Below are positions 45,690 through 57,043 of a DNA stretch of 64,000 nucleotides, in pieces. Each line of letters opens with the position of its first letter. The first letter of the stretch is position 1. The notes beneath the pieces were generated by a model. The model worked only from the letters and a program-made list of their open reading frames with translations, ran no database searches and was not told the DNA's origin. Position numbers and translations under genes: made by a program. The stretch lies in contig JAYVDI010000084.1 of assembly GCA_043749505.1 (NCBI GenBank), positions 7,339 through 71,338 of the forward strand, given 5' to 3'. The stretch comes from Schlesneria sp. GTDB taxonomy: Bacteria > Planctomycetota > Planctomycetia > Planctomycetales > Planctomycetaceae.

Positions 45690-47045
45690 TCAGTTGTTTG
45701 CACAGCCACCGGCACCGCAGGCGGCACTCGGAGCGGCACAGCCCGCTTGAGCACACGGATCGGTTGGACAGCAGGTCTGCACGGGGACTCGACGGCAGAC
45801 CGTCCGTGGGACGCAGATGACTTTCGTTTCTTGAATCTGTCGCGGCGTGCAGTGGGTCTTCGTCACCATGCGGGTTTCACAGACTTGGCGGCAGGTCGTG
45901 TAGGGAACCTTGCGGGTCCGAACTTCCTGAGTCATCGAGCAGGTTGTGTAAGGGACTTTCTTGGTGATCGTCTCGCAGGTCCAAGAGCAAGTCGTGTAAG
46001 GAACCTTCTTGGTGATCGTCTCACAGGTCCAAGAGCAGGTCGTGTAAGGAACCTTCTTGGTGATCGTCTCACAGGTCCAAGAGCAGGTCGTGTAAGGAAC
46101 CTTCTTGGTGATCGTCTGTTGTTCGTAGCGAACACAGGTGTACGGAACTTGCTTCGTGCAGGTGACTGGAACGCGACGGCAGACCGTGTAGGGTTGCTGG
46201 CAGTGACGGACTTCTTGCACCATGCGAGTGCAACAGACCGTTCGCATTTCAGTGCGGGGAACCCAGCGGCGACAGCAAACCGTGCGGGTCGTCTGGCAGC
46301 ATCCGGTACTGGTGGTCGAGCAGCCCGTGTTACAGGTCGAGGTGCAAGAAGGTTGAGCACAGACCGGTCCCGGAACCTGCTTGGTCTCCGTCACCCAATC
46401 GCCTGTGCAGACTTCGACTTGCTTGGTCTCCGTCACCGGCTTGCAGACCGTGTGGCACACGTCTCGGTAACAGATTTCGGTTTCGGTCTTGTAGGTCGTA
46501 CAGCAGACTTCGCGGCACTTGGTCTCATAGACCGGCTTGCAGATCGTGCAGCAAACATCGCGATAGCAGGTCTGGTAGCAGGGCTTGCGAACCGTGCAGC
46601 AGACATCGCGGTAGCAGGTCTGGTAGCAGGGCTTGCGAACCGTGCAGCAGACATCGCGGTAGCACGTCTGGAAGCAGGGCTTGCGAACCGTGCAGCAGAC
46701 ATCGCGGTAGCACGTCTGGTAGCAGGGCTTGCAGACGGTGTAGCACTCGTCGCGATAGCAGGTCTCGTAAACGTTGCGGGTGCAGGTCACGGGGACTTGC
46801 TCGGAACACTGTTCGTAAACTGTCCGACAGCAATTGACCGTCTGCTGTTCGTAGACGGTTTCTCGCACGGTCTTATAGCGGGTTCCACAGCAGCGTTTGG
46901 CCGCCAAGAAGTTGCCGCACGGGGCACACGCATCGGAAGGGCAGCACCGTGCGCTGGCCGCTCCGCAATAGAAGGCTTCAACTCGCGTGTCGCTGCCGAG
47001 AGCCAACAAACTTGCTGCGACGACAATCCAAGCTGCGTGTCTCAT
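45690..47045 (-). CDS. Secreted cysteine-rich repeat protein, planctomycete YTV-type envelope protein
   Basis: 451 aa, signal peptide, and a very high Cys content by eye. Recurring PYT(T/V)C, CYRDVCCTVRKPCYQT and ITKKVPYTTCSWTCET units. Confidence 0.8.
   Translation of the reverse strand: MRHAAWIVVAASLLALGSDTRVEAFYCGAASARCCPSDACAPCGNFLAAKRCCGTRYKTVRETVYEQQTVNCCRTVYEQCSEQVPVTCTRNVYETCYRDECYTVCKPCYQTCYRDVCCTVRKPCFQTCYRDVCCTVRKPCYQTCYRDVCCTVRKPCYQTCYRDVCCTICKPVYETKCREVCCTTYKTETEICYRDVCHTVCKPVTETKQVEVCTGDWVTETKQVPGPVCAQPSCTSTCNTGCSTTSTGCCQTTRTVCCRRWVPRTEMRTVCCTRMVQEVRHCQQPYTVCRRVPVTCTKQVPYTCVRYEQQTITKKVPYTTCSWTCETITKKVPYTTCSWTCETITKKVPYTTCSWTCETITKKVPYTTCSMTQEVRTRKVPYTTCRQVCETRMVTKTHCTPRQIQETKVICVPRTVCRRVPVQTCCPTDPCAQAGCAAPSAACGAGGCANN
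45946..46117. repeat. 48-nt tandem repeat, about 3.6 copies (coding, ITKKVPYTTCSWTCET)
   Basis: The units at 45994-46041 and 46042-46089 read as identical by eye. The first unit is slightly diverged. Confidence 0.9.
46536..46768. repeat. 48-nt tandem repeat, about 4.8 copies (coding, CYRDVCCTVRKPCYQT)
   Basis: Units start at 46536, 46584, 46632, 46680 and 46728, with only a few substitutions between them. Confidence 0.9.
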
Positions 47046-47571
47046 CGATCGGTCCTTGTCCCTGTCTAAACTGCGAACTCAAGCGGTCAATCACGGCGGT
47101 AATCAAAGTGCGCGCAGCTGTCGGTTTCGTCTCCTCGGAGATCGACCGACACACCCACCCAACTTGAGACAAAATGCGCACTAGCGCGCACCGCGATCCA
47201 TCGCATGTGTTCTCCGACGGCCCCTCACAGAAACCGGTAGTTGATCGAAGAAGCCTACAAATGATGGCACTTGGGTTCCCAAGCACGCTCACCGACGAGG
47301 CCATTTCTGTCGTGATCTTCATCGGCGGAGTTCTCGAATCGTCTTCTCGGTATTTCGCCACGGCTTTGCTCAACACGCATAATTCCCAGACTGCCCCCGG
47401 GCCTCGACGGTATGAATCGCCATCATCGGCTCAATCGGTAAAAACGGCTGGAGTGCGCTGGAGAGACCATGGGGCAGTTCGTTTTGAGTGGTCGGCTCGA
47501 CTTGTTGTCGAGAACACTTCACGATGTTTTGCGATGTCGAAGCGGAACCTACTCGTGCAGGAGTTGCCATC

Positions 47572-48396
47572 GTGAAGTTTGCGATCTGTCAGGAATTGTT
47601 TGTGGATTGGGAATGGGAACGTCAGTGTCAGTTCATCGCGGAGACTGGTTATACGGGGATCGAACTCGCGCCGTTCACACTCGCTCCGCGGATCACCGAT
47701 GTTAGTGCCGCGCGGAGGCGCGAGTTGCGGACGGTTGCCGAATCACACGGCTTGACGATCTGCGGTTTGCACTGGCTCTTGGCGAAGACCGAAGGACTGC
47801 ATCTCACCACCGCCGACGACGACGTTCGCCGCGCGACGGGCCAGTATCTGAGAGACCTCGGTCAGGCCTGCGGTGATCTCGGCGGGACGTTCATGGTTTT
47901 CGGGTCTCCACTGCAGCGGAGTCTGATGGATGGAACCTCGCGCGACGAAGCGATGGAACGCGCGGCAGAAGTGTTTCGCACGACGATGCCGGTCTTGTCC
48001 GATCGTGGCGTGACAATCGTCATGGAACCGCTCACGACCAAGGAAACGAACTTCATCAATACCTGTGCGGACGCTGTCGAGTTGATGAGCCGGGTCGATC
48101 ATCCGAATTTCGTGCTGCATCAAGACGTGAAGGCCATGCTTAGCGAGCCGACTCCGATCCCCGAATTGATCGCGCAGTACGCCGACGTGACCGGACACTT
48201 CCACGTCAACGATGACAATTTGCTCGGCCCAGGTATGGGACGCACTGACTACCGCCCAATCTTCGAGGCACTGTTGCGAACGGGGTACTCGGGCTGGGTA
48301 TCAGTCGAAGTTTTTGATTACGCGCCCGGCGCAGAGCACATTGCACAGGTCAGCATGCGTTACATGCGCGATGTCCTGCGAGACCTCAACGCGTAA
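47572..48396 (+). CDS. Sugar phosphate isomerase/epimerase (xylose isomerase-like TIM barrel)
   Basis: The GTG at 47572 (VKFAICQELF) has GCAGGAG 8 nt upstream. The protein is family-like throughout (GIELAPF, HFHVNDDN, WVSVEVFD). The track starts it at the GTG at 47488. Confidence 0.8.
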   Translation: MKFAICQELFVDWEWERQCQFIAETGYTGIELAPFTLAPRITDVSAARRRELRTVAESHGLTICGLHWLLAKTEGLHLTTADDDVRRATGQYLRDLGQACGDLGGTFMVFGSPLQRSLMDGTSRDEAMERAAEVFRTTMPVLSDRGVTIVMEPLTTKETNFINTCADAVELMSRVDHPNFVLHQDVKAMLSEPTPIPELIAQYADVTGHFHVNDDNLLGPGMGRTDYRPIFEALLRTGYSGWVSVEVFDYAPGAEHIAQVSMRYMRDVLRDLNA

Positions 48397-49317
48397 TGAA
48401 CGATCAATGAGTTGTTGGTCTTCATGCCCTTTCAGCGTCAGTCGCCAAAGTGCCGCACGCGAATGGTCACTGCTGCCGTAGTGACTCGCGTTGCCCGTGC
48501 GCGTCGTGAGTGATCGAAAAGTGCGCTGTGCTGGCACTCGCTGTCGTTTGGAGATGTTCGTTACACGAGAGTGGCTCGTTGTCATAGATCGCGCGGCAGG
48601 CCTTCTACTTCGCGCGCCGGCTTTCAGTGGAGGTCAGCGAATGCTGTTCAACATCCTTAGCTTGCGCTGCGAATGGGCGACATCAACTCAACGGTTTCAC
48701 GCCGCTTACCGTGGCACTCAGTGCAGGGGGATACACCGTGAACATCTCGCGCAAACAGCCTGTTTCATAGACTATTCGAGTCGCCCGCAACATCGGCTTC
48801 GTTCATTGAGAATGATCTCGTGACACAGCTCACTCGTTGTGGCATGTGGGTCTCATCGCGCCTTGTTCGCGCGGCAGCACATGGCGTCGAATCATCTATC
48901 GCGCGCGATCATCGCATCGTTCATTCATCGTGAACGAGATCATTCAATACGATGACCGCGCGATGCCATCACGAAGCGCATCGCGCGCAGCATCACATCG
49001 AACAGCGCGTGAACTTTGGCAAAATGAGTTTTTTCTTGTCATCAACGCGCAGAATTGCCTTGAAGTATTCTTCGGAATACGTAGGATGTCGCCCAGTTTG
49101 GTGTCTGGGGTCTTGGATCATTTACTGTCAAGTCAACGTCAACGAATTGCTGCCGCGATGAGTGACGCACGAGACGGTGAACAAGCTCTCAGACACGCGG
49201 CTTGTCAGGGTTGACAGGCCGAATGGATTCGGACGGTGTGACTTGTTGAGATCGATCTGCTTAGCCCGGTGCGCCAGCGGTTGAGACAGTCACGCAAAAG
49301 ACTCTTGGAAGGAGTAC

Positions 49318-49479
49318 ATGCAAGTGGCAAAGAAGAAGGCAGTAGCGAAGAAGGCAGTCGCGAAGAAGGCCGTTGCGAAGAAGGCCGTCGCCAAGAAGGC
49401 AGTCGCGAAGAAGGCCGTTGCCAAGAAGGCAACGAAGAAGGCCGCGAAGAAGAAGGCTGCCGCAGCCCCGACTCCCTGA
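49318..49479 (+). CDS. 53-aa Lys/Ala-rich basic protein (histone H1-like AKKAV repeats), not in the ORF track
   Basis: GGAAGGAG lies 4-11 nt upstream of the ATG at 49318. The sequence is MQVAKKKAVAKKAVAKKAVAKKAVAKKAVAKKAVAKKATKKAAKKKAAAAPTP*, with a 15-nt periodicity. A strong terminator follows 39 nt downstream. Confidence 0.7.
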   Translation: MQVAKKKAVAKKAVAKKAVAKKAVAKKAVAKKAVAKKATKKAAKKKAAAAPTP

Positions 49480-49517
49480 ATGATCGGCCTCACGGCCTGA
49501 TCTCGCTTGCTACAACG

Positions 49518-49565
49518 AAGAAGAGAGGCGGTTGGTTATCCAGCCGCCTCTCTTCTTTCTTTGCC
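49518..49565 (+). terminator. Rho-independent terminator after the small basic ORF
   Basis: A 14-bp stem AAGAAGAGAGGCGG / CCGCCTCTCTTCTT with a 12-nt loop, followed by TCTTTG. Confidence 0.8.
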
Positions 49566-49653
49566 TCGCCATTTCTCGTGACGTGAGCAACCCGTTGCCC
49601 TCCCACTCTCACTTGGGCGAGCATCAGAATTGATGATGCTCGAACACGGTCAG

Positions 49654-50541
49654 TCACACTTGCGCTCGTGTGGACTCGGTCGGCATCTCGCCGAACGGCT
49701 CTTTTTCTGCGACGGGTTCCAACGTAACAACGGGCACAGACTGAGCGGATAGCATCGACTCGACGCCGGCGACAGGCTCGACGGCTGACAGCGCTGCATC
49801 GATAGGTAACACGGTGCTGCTCACGAACGGAGGCTCTTGTCCCTGAAGTTGGCACAAGGCGTTCTCGGCCGCGCGTTGTTCGGCTTCTTTTTTGTTCGGT
49901 CCCCAAGCCGGGGCGTACGGGTCACCGCCGACGAGGACTGCCACCAAGAAGCATTTCGAGTGATCCGGTCCCTTCTCATCGAGTACTTGATAGACCGGCG
50001 TTCCTCGGTTGTTCTTCTGTACGAGCTGTTGGAGCAAGCTTTTGTAGTTCTTGCCGTGACTCGTCTCGACCGTTCGTTCGATCTCAGGAGCCATGAGTCG
50101 GCGGACGAGTACACGGGCCGCATCGAAGCCACCGTCGAGATACACGCCTGCAACAATGGACTCAAACACGGCGGCCATGATCGAAGCGGGGAGATTGTCC
50201 GGGTCGGCCAAGCCTTTGCCGAGTTGCACGCAGTAGTGAAGTCCCAAGTCGGAGCTGATCTTGGCGCACGTCGTTCGGCTGACGATCACCGACTTGACGC
50301 GCGTCAGGTCTCCCTCGGTCTTGTTGGGGTACAATTCAAAGAGCTGCTCGCAGACGACCGCACCCATGATGGCATCGCCGAGAAACTCCAGCCGCTCGTT
50401 CGACTCCAATCGCGTTCGAGCAATTGAAGCATGCGTCAGGCACAGCGTGAGCAATTGGCGATCACGAAACCGATATTCGAGCGATGCCTCGCAGTGGCCG
50501 AGGGTTTGGCTCATCGCATCCGACTCAGGCTGGTCCGTCAT
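49654..50541 (-). CDS. rnc: Ribonuclease III with a C-terminal extension
   Basis: ATG at 50541. The signature [13 protein letters not shown] is followed by a dsRBD ([21 protein letters not shown]...[16 protein letters not shown]), then about 70 extra residues. Confidence 0.9.
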   Translation of the reverse strand: MTDQPESDAMSQTLGHCEASLEYRFRDRQLLTLCLTHASIARTRLESNERLEFLGDAIMGAVVCEQLFELYPNKTEGDLTRVKSVIVSRTTCAKISSDLGLHYCVQLGKGLADPDNLPASIMAAVFESIVAGVYLDGGFDAARVLVRRLMAPEIERTVETSHGKNYKSLLQQLVQKNNRGTPVYQVLDEKGPDHSKCFLVAVLVGGDPYAPAWGPNKKEAEQRAAENALCQLQGQEPPFVSSTVLPIDAALSAVEPVAGVESMLSAQSVPVVTLEPVAEKEPFGEMPTESTRAQV

Positions 50542-50674
50542 CCGGTCAGATCCTTGATTGTCACGGTGGCGGCCAGCCGCAAGACAACAGGGCTGGAGTT
50601 GGGTTGCTTCTATATTTCGCGAGTGCCGCAGTGTCAATCCGCTGCCAGGCGAAGGGCCGAGTCGTCAACCGCAC

Positions 50675-51715
50675 TCACCGCTTCGCATTCAACACACCGG
50701 TCACCTGCGAATGGAACTGCTGCAGATCGACCTGTTGGCCGTCCTTCGGAAACGGGTGCGTTGTAAGGAACCACTCTTCGGTGAATGAAGCCGAATCACC
50801 TGGCTTCAGTCGTTCGCGCGGGCCGATCGGTTCGAGCTCGATGCGCGGACCAGTCGGATACCAGACCGAGAGCGTGATGGCAGCGGCTTCGCTATAGACG
50901 CGGTCGGGGTGCGTGGCGAAGCGTTTCACGAACAGCATGTCGTTCGGCATGAGGTAGCCGAGCCATCCCGCGTAGGAGTCGAAGCCGAGCTTCGGCTTGC
51001 GGGGCGGGGCGAGGATTTCGAGAAAGCCATCTCGCTCACGGATCAAGTCGTCCTTGTTGCGAACGTTGATGATGGCGCTGTCTTCGTACATCGCGTACTT
51101 CGACGGAAAGCGGCTCGGTCGATCGCCGAGAGGGATCAGGCAGATGCCACCGCCGGGTGAGAACGAGCGGCCCCAATGACAGATCTCCTGCACCTTGTTC
51201 GAGATGTTGAAGATCGTCTGCTTGCAGATCAGGCTCGGCGCGACGGGCTGGCCGTTCACAAGGGATTCTGCGGTGAGCGAGAACTCGCGCACGAGTTGAA
51301 TCCCTGCCAGTTCGTCGCGCGGGCTGGTGAGCTTCGCCGCGCAAGGCCCAACGATTTCGCCGGTCCATTCGCCCGACCAAAGCTTCTGATGCGGAGTCGT
51401 CACCAACTCGGGGCCATAATCAAACCGGCCGGCCGAGATCGAACCAACCTTTCCCGGCTGCCACTCCTTCTCTTGCTCATCGAGATACATCGCCCCTTTG
51501 CCATCAACCGAGAAGTCGAGCACGCGACCGCCCGCCTCCGGGCAGAGAATGGCGTGTGCCGTTCCCCGTTTCAGTGCGATGGCCTTCGTGTAGTTGAAGT
51601 GCTTGATGGCCTGAGCTGATCCGGCATCCGTGCGCGCTGTCGGTTGCTGGGCAAAGCAAGAATCGACCGAGACTGCCAATGTGAGAGTCAGAACTAAAAG
51701 TGCCGGACGAGTCAT
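50675..51715 (-). CDS. Hypothetical secreted protein (possibly a galactose-mutarotase-like fold)
   Basis: ATG at 51715 with GGAG 8 nt upstream. Signal peptide MTRPALLVLTLTLAVSVDSCFA. No firm family assignment. Confidence 0.6.
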   Translation of the reverse strand: MTRPALLVLTLTLAVSVDSCFAQQPTARTDAGSAQAIKHFNYTKAIALKRGTAHAILCPEAGGRVLDFSVDGKGAMYLDEQEKEWQPGKVGSISAGRFDYGPELVTTPHQKLWSGEWTGEIVGPCAAKLTSPRDELAGIQLVREFSLTAESLVNGQPVAPSLICKQTIFNISNKVQEICHWGRSFSPGGGICLIPLGDRPSRFPSKYAMYEDSAIINVRNKDDLIRERDGFLEILAPPRKPKLGFDSYAGWLGYLMPNDMLFVKRFATHPDRVYSEAAAITLSVWYPTGPRIELEPIGPRERLKPGDSASFTEEWFLTTHPFPKDGQQVDLQQFHSQVTGVLNAKR

Positions 51716-51793
51716 GCTGAGGCTCCGATTTGGGCGTTGTCTATGGCTGGAATGAACCGCAATTTTCGTTGAGGCGAACCCGATCAAGGGGCA

Positions 51794-52198
51794 TCACATT
51801 AACCAGTTCTCTTTTGGCAAATCTGAGATGGCCGTGAAGACTTGATCCGCTGTCAGTACGACGAGCTGATGCTGCCTCGCGATTGCGGCGATCACCAAAT
51901 CAAACTGGGATAGCACTCGACCTTGTTTGCGGCAGATGGCGAACAGCTCCTCATATTCAGCCGCCGTGTCGGCATCCATTGGCCAGAGTCGGAACACGGA
52001 AAGGGACTGTCGCAACCGATCCAAGTTTCGTTGGTAGTACCGCCCCAGCCGGATACCTGCTCGATACTCGAATAGCACTGGGAGACAGATCCCGACGCGA
52101 TCACCGCTGCGCAGCACAGAATCGACACGCGGCACCAGCATGGCATGACCATCGAGATAAGCTGAGAAGTGGTTGGTGTCCAACAGGTACTTTGTCAC
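51794..52198 (-). CDS. vapC: PIN-domain toxin VapC
   Basis: 134 aa. (M)TKYLLDTNHF places the first acidic PIN residue, and later D and TAD residues follow. The GTG start overlaps the upstream stop (GTGA). Confidence 0.8.
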   Translation of the reverse strand: MTKYLLDTNHFSAYLDGHAMLVPRVDSVLRSGDRVGICLPVLFEYRAGIRLGRYYQRNLDRLRQSLSVFRLWPMDADTAAEYEELFAICRKQGRVLSQFDLVIAAIARQHQLVVLTADQVFTAISDLPKENWLM

Positions 52199-52479
52199 GT
52201 CGAAGCGTCCCGAACTTGGCGGGCGACTTGCTCACGACTGACGCGATCCACGTCCTTCAGCGCGACGGCAATTTGCTCGCGTTCTTCGCCCTCGTACTCC
52301 ATCGGCCCTAAGTCTCGAAAAACTAGCAGTCGCCGTTCCAATTCATCCGCGGTGAGGTCTTCATCGAAGCCGACAGCGTTCGATGACACCGGGACGATCT
52401 CGACCGTCATTCCCTCCCAACGGCGAGGAATTGGTCCGCTCGTTTCGACTCGACCGTCCAAGATGGTGGCCAACAGCAT
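52195..52479 (-). CDS. Putative VapC-associated antitoxin
   Basis: 94 aa and acidic. N-terminal small beta domain (ILDGRVE...GMTVEIVPV). It overlaps vapC by 4 nt. Confidence 0.6.
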   Translation of the reverse strand: MLLATILDGRVETSGPIPRRWEGMTVEIVPVSSNAVGFDEDLTADELERRLLVFRDLGPMEYEGEEREQIAVALKDVDRVSREQVARQVRDAST

Positions 52480-52521
52480 GATGAACTCCGCACGTGCGAT
52501 GACTGAAATAACAGTGGCAAG

Positions 52522-55197
<2,676 letters not shown>

Positions 55198-55506
55198 TTA
55201 CATCCCGCTCAGCCGAAATTTCAACCGCTTCACGTTCAGGTGAGGAAACTGCTGCTTCAAACGGCCGAGTAATTCAGCCGACTGAAACGATACCAACTCA
55301 TTCAGCAGCGGAGCCGTCTCGACGGAGACGGTCAACGTGCCACGAACCACTTGTGTCGGACGAGTCTGTCCGGCATGAGTCTCGCCCACGACGGACTTCC
55401 ACGCGACTTGTAGTTCGTCCTCACTGCGGACTCGCGCAAATCCCCGCAATGCAATCAACTCGGCCAGTGCGAGGGACAGCGGTTGCGGATCACGCGAGCC
55501 AGACAT
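55198..55506 (-). CDS. DUF721 (DciA-type) protein
   Basis: 102 aa. The W..VVG..HA..T.P..V..G.L.V.V....L..EL pattern is typical of DUF721. Its position between dnaN and gyrB also fits. Confidence 0.75.
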   Translation of the reverse strand: MSGSRDPQPLSLALAELIALRGFARVRSEDELQVAWKSVVGETHAGQTRPTQVVRGTLTVSVETAPLLNELVSFQSAELLGRLKQQFPHLNVKRLKFRLSGM

Positions 55507-55542
55507 TGTTAACTCTTTTTGTTTGTCGGCACCGCGATTGAA

Positions 55543-56655
55543 CTACCTGTCGCGCGACAGCGGCATGATGACATAGGTGTAGTGATCTTCCGTGGCGAAC
55601 ACGGCCGGGTCTTCGTGCGTGCTGAGCTGACAGCGGAACTGTGACCCGCTGTCGAGTGACTTCAAGAAGTCGGCAACGTAGCGCGGATCGAACGTGATCT
55701 TGATGTCTTCGCCATCGAACGGGATCGGTAGCTCAATCTTTGACTGCCCGATGTCGGCGGCTTGGCTGTTCAGCTTCAGGATTCCTTTGCCGAACGTGAA
55801 ATCGACGCCGCGACTTTCTTCGTTTGTCACGATTTGAGCCTGCCGGATCGCGGCGTAGAACGGGGCGACCACCATGTCGATCGTGGCTTTGAACGAAGTC
55901 GGGACAACCTTACGCCAATCGGGAAAGCGACCTTGAACGAGTTGGCTTGTGATCGTTGTCCCGCCGCAGCGGATGGCAATGTCGTTGGCATGGATCGCGA
56001 TGTGCGCCTCAGCCTCGCCGTCGGACAGGCTGCGTTCGAGCAAGTTCATGGCTTTGGACGGAACGACGGGAGGCGTCGCTGGCTTCTCAGGTGATCCAAC
56101 CGTGCGGCAATCTCCTGCGACGACAGCCAACCGGCGGCTGTCGGTCGCGGCGAAGGTCGCTCGATCGGAAGTCAGCTCGACTTGCACGCCGCCGAGGGCA
56201 TAGCGGGTGCTTTCGGTATCGGTGGCGAAGATCGTCCGGTGAATCAACTGCTTCAGCGTCGCAGCCTTTACTACGAAGTACTCTTCGTCCTCAAACGTCG
56301 CGACGGGAGGGAAGTCGGCGGGGTCTTCGGCGGAGAGACGAAACTCGCTGTACCCGCAACGAATCCAGATCGCGTCGCCGGTGATCTCCAGCTTCACCAC
56401 ATCGTCGGTCAACTCACGCAAGACCGACAATACGCGGGCGGTCGGGAGCAACGCTTCGCCATTCGAGTCGGCTTCGATATCGGGCAAGTTACAGCGAATG
56501 CCGATCTCGCTGTCGTTGCCGATCAGCGTCGCTTTGTCCCCCGAGACGACCAGCTTGATGTTCTTGAGAATATCCTTCGTCGTGCGACTCGGCACGACAC
56601 CGGCCACGGTCTGAAAGGCGTTGGTGAGAGTCGCTCGTTGACAGATGATTTGCAT
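55543..56655 (-). CDS. dnaN: DNA polymerase III beta sliding clamp
   Basis: The ATG at 56655 gives MQIICQRATLTNAFQTVAGVVPSR. It is 370 aa with a three-domain clamp pattern and a C-terminal YVIMPL. The track ORF extends 52 codons further upstream. Confidence 0.9.
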   Translation of the reverse strand: MQIICQRATLTNAFQTVAGVVPSRTTKDILKNIKLVVSGDKATLIGNDSEIGIRCNLPDIEADSNGEALLPTARVLSVLRELTDDVVKLEITGDAIWIRCGYSEFRLSAEDPADFPPVATFEDEEYFVVKAATLKQLIHRTIFATDTESTRYALGGVQVELTSDRATFAATDSRRLAVVAGDCRTVGSPEKPATPPVVPSKAMNLLERSLSDGEAEAHIAIHANDIAIRCGGTTITSQLVQGRFPDWRKVVPTSFKATIDMVVAPFYAAIRQAQIVTNEESRGVDFTFGKGILKLNSQAADIGQSKIELPIPFDGEDIKITFDPRYVADFLKSLDSGSQFRCQLSTHEDPAVFATEDHYTYVIMPLSRDR

Positions 56656-56827
56656 GGCGAAACGGTGCTTTTGAATAAGGGAAAGAGTCAATCCTCGGGG
56701 CGGATTTCGCGGCGACAGGCCGCAGGTGGAATGGGCCATTTTGAGTGGGCGGATTGTAGCCAAGTTCGCTCCAAAACGCAGCCGTCCGAGCTGCGTCAAA
56801 ACAGGGGGCAAACTTTCGTTGGAAAGG

Positions 56828-56875
56828 CTTTGTCCCCTCGCCCTGGCTTTGGGGGGAGAGGGCTAGGGTGAGGGG
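56828..56875. repeat. Family A palindromic element, inverted orientation, intergenic
   Basis: CTTGTCCCCTCGCCCTGGCTTTGGGGGGAGAGGGCTAGGGTGAGGGG. Confidence 0.85.
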
Positions 56876-56949
56876 CTTTTCTTCACCCTGACCCAATCAC
56901 GCCAACCTGTTCAAAACAGCCGAAGCGATCGTGTTCAAGCCAGAGAAAC

Positions 56950-57043
56950 TAAGGAGCGGGGCCGTAATCACTTCCCGAAGGTGGCACAAACCGGGGCTAG
57001 CGCCCTGCGGCTCATCGGGAAGTAATTGCGGCCCCGCTCCTAA
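56950..57043. repeat. Palindromic element, family G (TAAGGAGCGGGGCCGTAATCACTTCCCGA ... TCGGGAAGTAATTGCGGCCCCGCTCCTAA)
   Basis: The 29-nt arms are at 56950-56978 and 57015-57043. The right arm encodes the last ~10 codons (..RSGAAITSR) of the HisA/HisF-like gene. Confidence 0.8.

Noticed and set aside
45946-46768. Regularly spaced direct repeats that could be mistaken for a CRISPR array
   Set aside because: The repeats are directly abutting 48-nt tandem units with no spacers. They lie in frame inside a coding sequence, and no cas genes are nearby.
45678-47069. A 463-aa ORF on the + strand, opposite the YTV gene
   Set aside because: It is the antisense mirror of a repetitive Cys-codon-rich gene. 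Its translation is R/A/G/L low-complexity with the same 48-nt periodicity. The minus-strand frame has a signal peptide and recognisable YTV-type motifs.
48491-49214. ORFs 48491-48823 and 48837-49214 as protein genes
   Set aside because: Their amino-acid composition is odd, there is no SD or start context, and no motifs were recognised. I treat the region as non-coding (see the finding on 48397-49317).
49205-49586. Track ORFs 49269-49586 (+), 49205-49432 (-) and 49290-49493 (-) over the 15-nt repeat
   Set aside because: All are alternative readings of the same AAGAAGGC(N) repeat (EEGS.., SSRLPS.., FFATAF..). Only the 53-aa frame has an ATG with a strong SD and is followed by a terminator.
56656-57011. 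A possible oriC upstream of dnaN
   Set aside because: No cluster of DnaA-box-like 9-mers and no AT-rich unwinding element was seen. REP families A and G dominate the region.
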